This document shows, piece by piece, positions 8,895 through 19,706 of a stretch of DNA of 64,000 bases. Source of the DNA: a virus; IMG/VR virus record IMGVR_UViG_3300017991_002758, positions 35,602 to 99,601 of that record, one strand, 5' to 3'. The position numbers and the translations under genes were made by a program. The notes beneath the pieces are model-generated. The model saw only the letters and a list, made by a program, of their open reading frames with translations. It did no database searches and was not told where the DNA came from. Positions within the stretch are counted from its first letter, which is position 1; each line of letters begins with the position of its first letter.

Positions 8895-10426
8895 TGACTC
8901 AAATTCTTCCGACTAGTTACGATTACACGGACAAAGATTTCCTTGCCATCAGGGAACGGGTTTTCGATTTAATTCGCTCAGTATTTCCCGATTGGAGCGA
9001 CGAAGCCGTTGCGAACTTCGGCAATGTGCTGGTCGAATCGTTCAGTTGGATACTAGAGGTTCTGACATTTTATCAGGATCAGCAGGCCAGGGAAGGGCGC
9101 ATCGCATTTGTACAGCTTCGGCGGAATATGATCGCTCTGGCAAAGCTGGTGGGCTACGAGCTGGCATCGGCTGAGGCCGCAACCGCCGATGTTACATTGA
9201 CCATCTCCAATGCTTCCGCACTTGTTGGCACGGTGACGCCGGCGGCGACTCCTGTTGTGGTGCAAACCCAGGAGGTAACTGATCCGATAAAAGGCGAATT
9301 GCAGGGCACCGTTTCTTTTGACCTTTCCGCCGGCGAGACTTCCAAGGATTTCACCTGGGAGCATTCACAGACTCAGACTCCGTACGTGCAGGCTTCGAAC
9401 AATCGAGCAGACCAGGAGATAAACCTCCCGTTTGGCCCATTCCTCGACCGCAGCGAGCAACCTTCAACGCCAACCCAGGGAGATTTCACGAGGGTTGATT
9501 CTTTCTTTAATAGCGGACCCACTGATTGCCATTACCGCGTACAGATTGATCAGAACGACAAGGCCACTGTCATCTTCGGCGACGGCAAGAACGGCGCAAT
9601 ACCAGTGGGAAATATCACCACCACGTACAAAACTGGTGGAGGGATCTTTGGCAATGTCGAGCCCAATTCCCTGGTGAAGGTAGTTGGGAAATTCGTCGAC
9701 TCCGTTGGCACCGAGGCGTACATCACAGCAACGAACGCCAACGCCGCAGCAGGTGGCGTTCCACGCGAGGAGGTGGACGCTGCTCGAGTAAACGTGCCGG
9801 AGTCAACCCGTGTGCTTAACAGAACCGTGGCCCGAGAGGACTTCGAGATCAATGCCAAGCGAGTAGCCGGAGTCGGCCGCGCTCTGATGCTGACGTCCAA
9901 CGAGGACACCGTCATTGGCGAGAATAGGGGCAAGTTGTTCATCGTGCCATCGACCGGCGGAGTGCCGAGCTCGGCGTTGCTCCAGGCCGTGCGCGACATC
10001 CTGACATTGCCGCCACCGGACGGTTATCCGCACACGCTGACCTTTCAACTGGAAGTATTGGCCGCGGTTTACAGGAACGTCGATGTGAACTGCACCATTT
10101 GGCTCAAGGAGGGCTACCTGCCCAGCGCGGTAAAGCAATCGATCTCCAACAACTTGGCCGACTACTTCGAGCCCATGCTCGCAAGCGGCGCGCCAAATCC
10201 CAATGTGGACTTCGGGTACTACTACAAGGATTCCGAAGGCAACCCGGCCGGCGAGATTCCCTGGTCGGACATCTTTGATATAATTCGCGATACGACCGGC
10301 GTCAGAAAGCTCGAACATACCATGCAACTGAACGGCGTAACTGACGACGTGCAGATAAACAACTGGGAATTTCCAGCGATGGGCCTGCTCACGGTAATAA
10401 ACGGCGCAACGGCCGGAGCTATTTAG
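8894..10426 (+). CDS. Baseplate J-like wedge protein
   Basis: DYTDKDF, F.DW.D, FGDG.NG.IP, Y.TGGG..GNV and RTVAREDFE motifs. Confidence 0.9.
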   Translation: MTQILPTSYDYTDKDFLAIRERVFDLIRSVFPDWSDEAVANFGNVLVESFSWILEVLTFYQDQQAREGRIAFVQLRRNMIALAKLVGYELASAEAATADVTLTISNASALVGTVTPAATPVVVQTQEVTDPIKGELQGTVSFDLSAGETSKDFTWEHSQTQTPYVQASNNRADQEINLPFGPFLDRSEQPSTPTQGDFTRVDSFFNSGPTDCHYRVQIDQNDKATVIFGDGKNGAIPVGNITTTYKTGGGIFGNVEPNSLVKVVGKFVDSVGTEAYITATNANAAAGGVPREEVDAARVNVPESTRVLNRTVAREDFEINAKRVAGVGRALMLTSNEDTVIGENRGKLFIVPSTGGVPSSALLQAVRDILTLPPPDGYPHTLTFQLEVLAAVYRNVDVNCTIWLKEGYLPSAVKQSISNNLADYFEPMLASGAPNPNVDFGYYYKDSEGNPAGEIPWSDIFDIIRDTTGVRKLEHTMQLNGVTDDVQINNWEFPAMGLLTVINGATAGAI

Positions 10427-10435
10427 GAGGCAGCC

Positions 10436-13400
10436 TTGGCGAAGGCGTACAACAAATGGGACCCGGGAGCCAATGCGAGCCTGGTAATCCCTCCATCGGA
10501 AGGACCGCTGGTAATAAGCGGTGGCGATTCGCGCTGGCCTCTGTTGGTTCGCAATGAAATCGAACCGGCGCTTTATCGCAACGATGATTGGATTGGATTC
10601 CAGCAGGAGCTTCTCTTCGAGGATGGCGCGGCGCCGGCGACAGGCGCAAGGGTCAGGGGATTCCAATACATGCCGGCCAATGTCTCCTTCACATGGTTAG
10701 ATCCCGTCAATGGCGAGCCCAGGCCGGACGATTCCGCTGACGGTTGGTGGAGTCGCTTTTACCGATATGTGAACATGGGCTTTAGGATGCCATTGCGCGG
10801 CCTGATAGGTTCCGTTGTCGACGGCGTGCTGAACGTGGACTTCCAGGTGAAATGGGGAGATCCCGTGACACGGGCAGTGGCCGCTACTCGAGGAGCATGG
10901 ACCGGAGCGTTGCTTGCGGTATTGAATGGCGAGTCGGCCGAGGCGGATTTCCTTGCCTATGCATTGCATGGAAAACGCCAAGGCGATGCCTCGTGGGAGC
11001 ACAGGGGAAGTCTGGTGGATGCGCCAATAGCAGGGTACACGCCGGCGACAGTTACCGACACTCCCTGGGATGGAGTTTCTGAGGGCCAAGTTCGAGTGCT
11101 CATAACTGGCGGACCTTCGACATGGGAAGTGAAGACGCAATACTGGGATACTGGCATACCGGACTGGAAAGATCTTTCCAGTAATGTGGTCGATCTCAAG
11201 CAATACGCTGTTCCCGGCCATGAAGATCTGTTCGCTCTCATGGGATTTTTATTTCACGGGGCAACGAAAGTTTTCCCCGGCTCAATGCCGGCAGATCCTC
11301 CTGTGCAGGACACGTACTTTCAGGAGGTTTCTATTTCGCAATTCACGCCGTTCGTGCTCGACGTCGCCGATTGGTCGCTGCGTGAGCGCCAAGAGAAACT
11401 GTGGCAACCGGATTGGTGGCTGGCTCCGCTGGAAACCAAGACGCCGGCGCTCGACATCATCACCTGGCCCGAGGGATCTGAAAAAGGGCCAACGACTCTG
11501 CGCGAATTCGACACCGACGAAGAGCTATGGGGAGTGCGCTGTGCACCAACCACGGAATTGCTGATGACTTCCATTCACGAGCGCAAATTCCTGGCCGAGG
11601 AAAACACCGAATGGAAGTATATGATCCCAACCTGGCTTGCCGACAACGAAGCTCCCAATGGAGCCGATCTGCCATTCGCCTATGTTGGGCGCTACAAGTT
11701 GAGCGACCTGGCGTCATGGACAGGCGAGCGCACGCTGGCTTCGTTTGGGTATGCCGGGTGGCGAGCAACGCCGGCGGCGACCGAGGCCGGCCTGGGCTTG
11801 ACGTGGCGGCCGGACAATGGCGGAGAGCTCGTCTTGCGGTATTGGGATTGGTCTGCTCCGGATTGGTTGACACTCGTAGCCCCATTAAAGGCTGAGGACT
11901 ACGACGGCCGCATGGTCAGCATTGGCTTCGCCTGGAGCGGTTCACCACCTGTTCCGACGGAAGAACTGATACTGCCGCGCCAGCAGTTGAGAATCGTTGT
12001 CGATGGAATAACGGTAGCGACCGCAGACGATTGCGTCGTGTGTTTCACTGGAGGCTGGTACTCATCCATAGGATCTGGTGACACTTCGGCGCGCGAAACC
12101 TTTGAAGGTCTGTGGTTTGGCGGAGTAACTTTCATTGAACAGGTAACTGACACCGATCTGTTGAATGCGTTCGACACCGACGACGAAACGGTATTTGATA
12201 ACCCGTCTTTTGAGGTGGCAGATCCCGGCGGCCGGCCCGGTGAAGCGGACAAGTGGACATGGAATTCATTTCAATCGCAGGGAGGCTGGGCTGATTTCAG
12301 CGCATACCGCCAGGATCTCGCGCCATACAGATATGGCCGCGAAGGTTTCGAGGGTGGCTGGCTCGTTGGGTATTCATGGGAATACGCCGATGAAACAGCA
12401 CGGTTGGCGGCAACGGGATTCACTGAAGACGACGTTGGGCGAATGGCCTGGCAAGTTGACATCAACAAGAACTTCATCTTAACGAATTACTCGCCAATCA
12501 CATGGGTAGAATCCGAGGCCGGCGAGAACCAGGGTGCGGTTTTCAATCTCGAAGACGCCGAAATATCGGCCGGAGTATTCAACGCAGGCATACCCAACTT
12601 CGAGAGTACGATGGAGATCTTCGCCATTTGGGGTCGCACCTGGGATGCAATGACCTGGAGCGGCGCTCCGTGGTTGGATTCGTACAATCTAATCGCTCCG
12701 TGCAATGACGTCCTCGGCCCATACTCTGGGCCCACTGGCTTCGATGGCTGGTACGATTACCTGTACGCTACCAACGATGATCCGCTGTGCGTTGAATCGT
12801 TCGACGAGGCATGGGGTAACGATCCACTCTCGACCGCCGGCGGACAGACTTGGATTCCCGTAACGGCACCAGGCGCGAAGTTGAGCGGCACGGCCATCAA
12901 CTTTCCCCTGGAGATCGCTCCGAATAAAAACAAACTGGTTCTAACTTCGGATCTTTTTGGCGCTGTTTTCTTTTCCTTACCCACCCTGGAATATGCCGAC
13001 ATCGCTTCGTTGGTCAGCGATTTGAATGCCGAGCTTTCAACGCATATCCCGGTCGCGGCTGGCTTGACTTTTGGTTATTGGCAAAAGAACGGCGAACAGG
13101 GATTGACCTTCGGGTGGGATGGCGCAACCTTCAGTGCGCTGTGGGTTGCTTTCGCGGTGCTGGAATCAGAGGCTACAACCGATCTCAGAGAACCGCTTGG
13201 ACTTTCATCGTTCAGTCCGGGTGGCAATTATACCGGCGTTGGAATACCTGTTTGGTCTTACCCTTCGCCACCGTCAGGCATTGATCCTGACGACCGAGTA
13301 CTGATGGACTCCTGGTCATACATGGAATTTTTCATAACCGTGGATTCAGTGCTCGGAATAATTCCCATTGAGTACAGCATGGTAGGGGCGGTATTCGATA

Positions 13401-13582
13401 CTGCCGTTCCCGATCCTACATTGCTCGAGCGTTTCACATTGCAAGGCTGGGTATCACCATCGGCACAATGGGCCGACGATCTGTCCGCGCTTTCAATTAC
13501 GCCGGCGATGTTCGACTTGGGAATTAAATCAATAGAGATGTTCGACGCTGCGAACTGGCCCGACGAGCCGTTCCCGGCATAG
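10436..13582 (+). CDS. Large acidic, Trp-rich virion protein with beta-sandwich-like segments
   Basis: 1048 aa; TTG start after GGAGG; DNPSFE motif; inside the baseplate cluster. Confidence 0.6.
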   Translation: MAKAYNKWDPGANASLVIPPSEGPLVISGGDSRWPLLVRNEIEPALYRNDDWIGFQQELLFEDGAAPATGARVRGFQYMPANVSFTWLDPVNGEPRPDDSADGWWSRFYRYVNMGFRMPLRGLIGSVVDGVLNVDFQVKWGDPVTRAVAATRGAWTGALLAVLNGESAEADFLAYALHGKRQGDASWEHRGSLVDAPIAGYTPATVTDTPWDGVSEGQVRVLITGGPSTWEVKTQYWDTGIPDWKDLSSNVVDLKQYAVPGHEDLFALMGFLFHGATKVFPGSMPADPPVQDTYFQEVSISQFTPFVLDVADWSLRERQEKLWQPDWWLAPLETKTPALDIITWPEGSEKGPTTLREFDTDEELWGVRCAPTTELLMTSIHERKFLAEENTEWKYMIPTWLADNEAPNGADLPFAYVGRYKLSDLASWTGERTLASFGYAGWRATPAATEAGLGLTWRPDNGGELVLRYWDWSAPDWLTLVAPLKAEDYDGRMVSIGFAWSGSPPVPTEELILPRQQLRIVVDGITVATADDCVVCFTGGWYSSIGSGDTSARETFEGLWFGGVTFIEQVTDTDLLNAFDTDDETVFDNPSFEVADPGGRPGEADKWTWNSFQSQGGWADFSAYRQDLAPYRYGREGFEGGWLVGYSWEYADETARLAATGFTEDDVGRMAWQVDINKNFILTNYSPITWVESEAGENQGAVFNLEDAEISAGVFNAGIPNFESTMEIFAIWGRTWDAMTWSGAPWLDSYNLIAPCNDVLGPYSGPTGFDGWYDYLYATNDDPLCVESFDEAWGNDPLSTAGGQTWIPVTAPGAKLSGTAINFPLEIAPNKNKLVLTSDLFGAVFFSLPTLEYADIASLVSDLNAELSTHIPVAAGLTFGYWQKNGEQGLTFGWDGATFSALWVAFAVLESEATTDLREPLGLSSFSPGGNYTGVGIPVWSYPSPPSGIDPDDRVLMDSWSYMEFFITVDSVLGIIPIEYSMVGAVFDTAVPDPTLLERFTLQGWVSPSAQWADDLSALSITPAMFDLGIKSIEMFDAANWPDEPFPA

Positions 13583-13591
13583 GAGGATCAT

Positions 13592-14347
13592 ATGGGTCAA
13601 CTTGATTGGAAAGATATAGGCGGTGCATTGAACGAAGCGAGCCTGGCCCGAGGAGTGACCAACGGCATAGACCGGCCACCTTCGGCAATCACCAATGACT
13701 TTGTCTTCGGCTATAATTCGCTGGACGGCACGGTCACTGGCGCGCACGGAAAGTACGTTGACCTCGCCGGCTTCACGCCCACGGGTTCATTACTTTCCGA
13801 TCCTGACGGCGGAGGATCGATCCGTGGTTGCGTGAAACGGGTTTCCTCGCCGAACAATACCGGCATGAGTCCCATGCTGTTCTTCTGTGCCCAGGGAGCT
13901 CCAGTTTCGGCCAACGATTACTGCTACATTCTCGGTCTTTCCGACGCCGATCCGTATGAGATCGTGCTCGCGAAGGCACAGTTGGTGAGCGGCCTGGTTG
14001 CCGATGCGGAGAACGTAACGATCCTGGCCAGGTCTTCGAGCCAATATGCCATGGGTGATGGCCTGTGGCATCACCTGAGATTGGATGCCATCGTTGAGCC
14101 CAACGGCGACGTTCTTCTCAAGTGCTACGAGAACAACCTGACCACGCATCCAATTGGCACGCCTGGAGGACCGGATTGGCAGAACATCCCGGGTTTTCCT
14201 TCGGGAGGCGTGGTGGACGACGTGCTTCAGATCCTGACGAGCTCGCCTCCATTGTGGGGTGGGTACGCCGGCTTCGCATTTCAGGTTGCGGAATCGCTGA
14301 ATAGGCGCGGAGCCTTCGATGCAATAGAGGTTTACAGGGTAACCTAA
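13592..14347 (+). CDS. Virion protein, concanavalin/lectin-like
   Basis: WHHLRLDA and GYAGFAF...FDAIEV beta-sandwich pattern. Confidence 0.5.
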   Translation: MGQLDWKDIGGALNEASLARGVTNGIDRPPSAITNDFVFGYNSLDGTVTGAHGKYVDLAGFTPTGSLLSDPDGGGSIRGCVKRVSSPNNTGMSPMLFFCAQGAPVSANDYCYILGLSDADPYEIVLAKAQLVSGLVADAENVTILARSSSQYAMGDGLWHHLRLDAIVEPNGDVLLKCYENNLTTHPIGTPGGPDWQNIPGFPSGGVVDDVLQILTSSPPLWGGYAGFAFQVAESLNRRGAFDAIEVYRVT

Positions 14348-15486
14348 TGAAAACGACTTGGCTTGACAGACTGCGTGGTGAGGGCCAGGGACGCACGATC
14401 CCAAATGGGTTCGTTGCGCCAGATGGCCAGCACGTGTTCGTATTGGGCGGCGACGGAGTACTCGAGTCGGCAATTCTCACAGGAGGAGATTACACAGAAG
14501 TCAAGCAAGTCGTGGACCTCACCAATTGGGATCTGGTTGCGGCGACCATGAATACAATCGGCAAGGTCATGGGCCAGGCCCAAGCCCAACCCGGTCTGCT
14601 CGTCTACCATACTCCGCTCTGGCATTTTAATTACAATATCGGAACTGCGCTCGAGCGCAATTTGATCGACGGAGCCTTCGACCTGGAAAACCAGGGCAAC
14701 ATGGAAGTTGATAACGAAGATTACTCACCAGTTCTGACGCGCTGCAGAAAGATTCCAGTTGGGAGCACGACGGCCTATATGCTGGGAGAGAATACTCCGC
14801 AATGGTGTTCGCTGACCTGGCTTGACCACTACACTTTTCAAATGTGGCTGAACTTCGATGCCGAATCGCACGCTGCTTCGTGGGGAATAAACCCGACATT
14901 ATTCAAATGCGTCGACGGCGTTCCTCAGGGAATCGACATCAGTCTGGAAGGTGTCGTTGGGCCTCCCAATAAATGGCGCGTAAAAGTGACACATCACGAA
15001 GGAGGCGGATCTGCCTCTGCGCTGTTCACTCCATTTGTGTTCGAGACTCCGAATAGGGGATGGACGCTGATCACTATTTGCTTCGATTGGACTTTACCAA
15101 TAGCACAGCGCATCAGGATGTACATCGATAATAATCTCGGCCCTTATTGGCCGGTAGTAAATATGACCAGAGTACCAAAGCAACCAGCGGTGGGAACACC
15201 AGTGGAAGTGGCCCATCCCGATCTGTGGGGCATGTTCGATGAGATGCTATTGATCCCGCACATGCTGTCGTACAGCGAGATGCTGGACACGTACGATGCT
15301 GCAACCATTATGCCGACGCCTGTCGACTACGAGTGGCTGATGCAGATCCGTGTCAATGGCGAAGTTTATGGAGAGCGCGTCGTCAGGCCTGGCGAGGAGC
15401 GGCGCTGGACGGATTTCAAGGCGCCTGTGCGTCATATAAATGGAGAGGCTGAGGTGGCGTTCAGATTAACGCTACAGGAGATTTGA
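14347..15486 (+). CDS. LamG-like virion protein
   Basis: YTFQMW, W..ITI.FD, RMYID and GMFDEM...LS..E motifs. Confidence 0.6.
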   Translation: MKTTWLDRLRGEGQGRTIPNGFVAPDGQHVFVLGGDGVLESAILTGGDYTEVKQVVDLTNWDLVAATMNTIGKVMGQAQAQPGLLVYHTPLWHFNYNIGTALERNLIDGAFDLENQGNMEVDNEDYSPVLTRCRKIPVGSTTAYMLGENTPQWCSLTWLDHYTFQMWLNFDAESHAASWGINPTLFKCVDGVPQGIDISLEGVVGPPNKWRVKVTHHEGGGSASALFTPFVFETPNRGWTLITICFDWTLPIAQRIRMYIDNNLGPYWPVVNMTRVPKQPAVGTPVEVAHPDLWGMFDEMLLIPHMLSYSEMLDTYDAATIMPTPVDYEWLMQIRVNGEVYGERVVRPGEERRWTDFKAPVRHINGEAEVAFRLTLQEI

Positions 15487-15487
15487 A

Positions 15488-15943
15488 ATGTCGGATACAC
15501 CTTTAAAAACGACCCGGCTCGAAATTCCATACCCACCAGAAAATGGCGAGGATTGGTGGACTATAGAGAACGCCGCCGGCGGTCGCATGGACATGCTCGA
15601 CAAATGCATCTATGCCGCAATGGAAAATCCCAATTTGTGGGTGACGCAAAGCGGATATTGGACCTATTCCGGAGGAGAATTCACGGTCCAGGCTGGGCCA
15701 GTGACGGTTAACTCTCCTGCTGGCGGCACAATAGTTTTCGAGGACGAGCTCTCGGTCACAGTAGAGGATGGCGATTACGTTTATTTTGAAGTTCCCCAGC
15801 GGCCGGTTGCGAGTACTGGGCTAACTGGCGTACTTGGTGCGTCGTCTACTTATTTGGAACGGCCCGATAGATGTCTAATAGGACATCGCCGCGGTAGCAA
15901 TTTTGATTGGCTACATCCGCACATGCGCATCAACGCACTTTAG
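15488..15943 (+). CDS. Short tail-fibre anchor-like protein
   Basis: N-terminal T.L.IPYP..E..W motif typical of fibre attachment segments. Confidence 0.45.
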   Translation: MSDTPLKTTRLEIPYPPENGEDWWTIENAAGGRMDMLDKCIYAAMENPNLWVTQSGYWTYSGGEFTVQAGPVTVNSPAGGTIVFEDELSVTVEDGDYVYFEVPQRPVASTGLTGVLGASSTYLERPDRCLIGHRRGSNFDWLHPHMRINAL

Positions 15944-15952
15944 GAGGACGAT

Positions 15953-17302
15953 ATGGCAACAATGCCCAAAACAGGACTGAGGACGCCGGCGGAATATACC
16001 GATCCGTTTATGCCCCAATTCGATGACGAGTTTGCCACCGACCTCGATAATTGGATTGATGCCAATGCCGCGGATCTCAAGCAGGTTCTGAGGGCCGATT
16101 CCTACGATCAACTCCCGTGGTACGACCAACAGTCCGGCAAGGTGAAATGGGGTGAATTCACAATAGGTTCGCCCAGGTATGCCAATGTAATGACGGTGGC
16201 CGCGGCTGGCGAAGCGGCAATGACCGGCGACAAGGTGCTGTACGTTGATGTGCCTTCGACCAGACCCTACGGAGGAACAGTGGTGCCAGCCGTTGGTACG
16301 CTGCCGCAGAACGGTCGCGACCGGGTAATCATAGGAGTGCTTCTTGGCGGTGAAAAATTCCATTTAATTGGCCGCGTTCAGCAGGATCTTCTTGGATATG
16401 GCCCAGGCCCGGCCATGGTAATACACATTGACAACAGCACTACTACTCTAAGGCATTCCGAAAGTGGACGATTGTTCATAGTGGATGAGGGCAAGACATT
16501 GACATTGCCCGATCCGACCAGCAGAAAGCAAAGCTACTTCATAAAATGCAACGGAACCCCAGCCCAATACTGCATTCTTGCCGGCGGCCTTGGCACGCTT
16601 GGCTTCCTAGGTCCGCATGAAGAATCGTATGGGGCTTTCAATAGCTCGATCAGAGTATTTGGTGGCGGAGGCCTACTGAGGGTTGTTGCCCACGAGCCGG
16701 TACCAGGCAGTGGTGATTGGGGGTGGCTTGTGCGCGGGGAAACCGCACACTACTCCAATGATTCGACACCAACTGAAGAATGGTTTCTCAGTGGATTATC
16801 TACCTCTTCCACTCATTATTCAGTTGGATCCACGCCACCAGCTTCGCCGTCTACGGGTTCGCTGTGGTTCAATACTGCGGCTAACTGGAACATTCTGATG
16901 TACTGGGATACCGCGCGAAGCAAATGGCTGTCGGTGGAAACCGAGATCTTATCCTGGGCTCACGACTCGGCCGATGGTAATGCGCTGTCCGGGTTCGGCA
17001 TCTCCGTGGCCGGCATTGGAACGGGATACCTCGTCGACCGTGACGCATGCATAGTCGAGGCCGCAGCCAGGGGCAGAGGTGGCAACCTTACGAAAGCATT
17101 TCGGCTGGACAAGGACAATGCAGGTACGCCAGTAAACCTTCACTCCTTCAGCTTGGCGGCTGGAGTGTACAAAGCCAAAGGCCTGGACATCGATCTGGCG
17201 GAGGACGACGACATTTGGGCATATGCCGCAGCAGCCGGCGCCGCAGCCGAGGACGTGACCGTGAGCTACACAATTCGCAGAAGGGTAACGCCGACCCCAT
17301 AG
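15953..17302 (+). CDS. Tail fibre / receptor-binding protein
   Basis: Anchor-like N-terminus; PPASP.TG.LWFNT...YWD...KW fibre motif. Confidence 0.6.
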   Translation: MATMPKTGLRTPAEYTDPFMPQFDDEFATDLDNWIDANAADLKQVLRADSYDQLPWYDQQSGKVKWGEFTIGSPRYANVMTVAAAGEAAMTGDKVLYVDVPSTRPYGGTVVPAVGTLPQNGRDRVIIGVLLGGEKFHLIGRVQQDLLGYGPGPAMVIHIDNSTTTLRHSESGRLFIVDEGKTLTLPDPTSRKQSYFIKCNGTPAQYCILAGGLGTLGFLGPHEESYGAFNSSIRVFGGGGLLRVVAHEPVPGSGDWGWLVRGETAHYSNDSTPTEEWFLSGLSTSSTHYSVGSTPPASPSTGSLWFNTAANWNILMYWDTARSKWLSVETEILSWAHDSADGNALSGFGISVAGIGTGYLVDRDACIVEAAARGRGGNLTKAFRLDKDNAGTPVNLHSFSLAAGVYKAKGLDIDLAEDDDIWAYAAAAGAAAEDVTVSYTIRRRVTPTP

Positions 17303-17312
17303 GAGGTGACAC

Positions 17313-19694
17313 TTGTCACTGACGGTTGAACAACTGCTCGCAACACTTGGCATTGACCTTGCCGCGGTCGAGGTTTCAACGTCGGGTCGCTACGTCCTGA
17401 TACAGCGAGATCCGCAACCGGATGAAACGGGCATAGATATTGACACCGATGTCGTTTTCACGCTGGTTGATTTAGACGGAGATCCCACGGACGCTTCATT
17501 GCTTCCGCCCAATTTCGACGTGGATGTCGAGGGCAACAGTGTGCTCTCGTATTCCGGCGGTTCAGCTACATGGACCTCTCCATGGACGGGCACAGTTGAA
17601 ACCCACACGGCTTCTTCGCCGTTTGCGTTTTGGAAAGTAATAGCGCAGCAAACTGGATTGTTTGAGTCCGAGCAAGTTGTCCAGGTCCAGATCGATCTTT
17701 ATACCACTGGCGGTTGGGGCCATGGATCATGGGGGCATTTCCCCTGGGGCCATCCTCCGGTTGCCCCGGTTTCAATAACTTTCCAGTACGAATTCACCAT
17801 TCAGGATCTCACGCCTCCGAAGCTGATTGCTGCCGAAGGCATGGACCCATTTACACTCCGCGTCACATTCGACGAGGACATGGCATTGGCCGGCGACGGT
17901 TCGCCATTGAACATCGATAATTGGCTGGATTCTATATTGCGCTGGAATGTAGATCCCGAGCCCGGCGTTAACTTGTCAGTGGTGGCCTCCGAGGTTGCGG
18001 ATTCGGTATCTCCCAATCCAATTCCCATTGAATGGACTTACGCCGATGAAGCTGAGAGATTGGCGGCCACTGGATTTCAGCCCGAGGATGTTGGCAAAAT
18101 TGCTCTGCAGGAAAGCGATTCAACCTATTGGATGCTCATTGATTACGCATACGCCTCGGGAGCCTACGGTTATGCCACCTACGGACATTTTCCCTATGGA
18201 CATACCCTGGGCTTGACCGGCCCACTGTGGTTGCAGGTTCAGATCGGAACGCAATTCGACCTGACTTTGAATTGGGAGATGACTCCCGGTTGTTCTTACC
18301 AGATAACTGCTGGGCCCAACACCGAAGACGATGTCGGTAACCTAATCGACACTACCTATAACACTACCTTTTTTACAGGCTTCATGCCGGAATATCCCGA
18401 AGGCCGGGCATTCTCGCATTGGAAGCACATGGTGCCGTTGAAGAACAGGCTGGAGGATGCAACTCAGGATCTGAAGCGAACCAGTAATTGCATCCAAGAA
18501 GTTCTCAACTGGATGATGTATTACATCGACCACTTCACTGATCAATGGGACCCGGACAAGGCAACGCCAGAGCAGATCGATGCTATGCTTTATGACATGG
18601 GCAACCCGTTTGCATCGTGGACCGAGCTGGAGCTCACCGACATTGAAAAGAAAAAGCTCCTGCGGATACTGATTGACATTTACAAAAGCAAAGGTACCGC
18701 ATGGGGCATCGAGCAAACTGTATACTTCCTATTGGGCGAAATCGTCGACTGCGTTGAATACCTGACCGGCGGTTGGGTGCTTGGCGTGGATGAGCTCGGC
18801 AGCGGTTCCATTGCCGAAGTTATGAACGACGCTCCGGAAACTTGGGATTTCACGGCCATTGCAGCGCCGTGGGAATTGGAAGTGAAACTGAACGGCGACC
18901 CGGCCCAGGTGATTACCTTCACGCCAGGTGATTTTGCCAACACCAGTGCGGCAAAGGCCGACGAGGTAATTGCTGTGATAGCTGCCCAGCTGGTAGGCGG
19001 GTCGGCATACAAGCTGTTCCCTGGACAGCCAGCGGTCGCCGCGGGAACCAACCTTGGGACCTTTGCCATTTCGCCTGGCGATTCGCTCGGAATGATTATC
19101 GGCGATGATCCCACGGTGCATACTGTGATCTTCACGGCCGATGACATCGCCACGCCTGGGGCAGCCACAGTTGAAGAGATTGTCAGCGCCCTGAATTCGG
19201 CCCTGGCGGACCTCATCTTGGCCCTGGTAGTTTCATCCAAGGTGTCTATTGAAACCGTCGTCAGAGGAGATATGGCGAGCCTGGAGATTCAATCCGGATC
19301 TGTCCAGGCCGCTCTAGGATTGCCAACGGCCGAACAGCAGGGAACCGACCTGGCTCAATTGTCTATTTACAGCAACAAGGCCGGCGTCGAGGCCTCGGTA
19401 GAAATAAGTGGGGGCTCGGTAAATGATGCCCTGGAATTCGATACGCAAATGGTGGGATCAACCGGCGGAGCAATATTGGCTCCGGACGACTCGTACACCA
19501 TGTACTCGTTCGACATCGAGACTCAGAACGTGCTAACATCTGAGGAGACGTCAATAGTGCGAAAGGTGGCCGAGTACATGAAGCCGGCGCATACCCATTT
19601 AATCGAAATAAGAACGGCGCAAACGCTGCCATGGCCAGATGGCTGGGTACTTGGCGTTGATGCACTAGACGAAACCGCTGAACTGGCGGAGTGA
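17313..19694 (+). CDS. Baseplate gpI-like protein fused to Ig-like domains
   Basis: DPDKA...ID.MLYDMG, IYKSKGT..GIE and KPAHT motifs; N-terminal P.PDETGI.ID.DV.F Ig-like pattern. Confidence 0.75.
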   Translation: MSLTVEQLLATLGIDLAAVEVSTSGRYVLIQRDPQPDETGIDIDTDVVFTLVDLDGDPTDASLLPPNFDVDVEGNSVLSYSGGSATWTSPWTGTVETHTASSPFAFWKVIAQQTGLFESEQVVQVQIDLYTTGGWGHGSWGHFPWGHPPVAPVSITFQYEFTIQDLTPPKLIAAEGMDPFTLRVTFDEDMALAGDGSPLNIDNWLDSILRWNVDPEPGVNLSVVASEVADSVSPNPIPIEWTYADEAERLAATGFQPEDVGKIALQESDSTYWMLIDYAYASGAYGYATYGHFPYGHTLGLTGPLWLQVQIGTQFDLTLNWEMTPGCSYQITAGPNTEDDVGNLIDTTYNTTFFTGFMPEYPEGRAFSHWKHMVPLKNRLEDATQDLKRTSNCIQEVLNWMMYYIDHFTDQWDPDKATPEQIDAMLYDMGNPFASWTELELTDIEKKKLLRILIDIYKSKGTAWGIEQTVYFLLGEIVDCVEYLTGGWVLGVDELGSGSIAEVMNDAPETWDFTAIAAPWELEVKLNGDPAQVITFTPGDFANTSAAKADEVIAVIAAQLVGGSAYKLFPGQPAVAAGTNLGTFAISPGDSLGMIIGDDPTVHTVIFTADDIATPGAATVEEIVSALNSALADLILALVVSSKVSIETVVRGDMASLEIQSGSVQAALGLPTAEQQGTDLAQLSIYSNKAGVEASVEISGGSVNDALEFDTQMVGSTGGAILAPDDSYTMYSFDIETQNVLTSEETSIVRKVAEYMKPAHTHLIEIRTAQTLPWPDGWVLGVDALDETAELAE

Positions 19695-19706
19695 TCAGGA
19701 GAGAAC

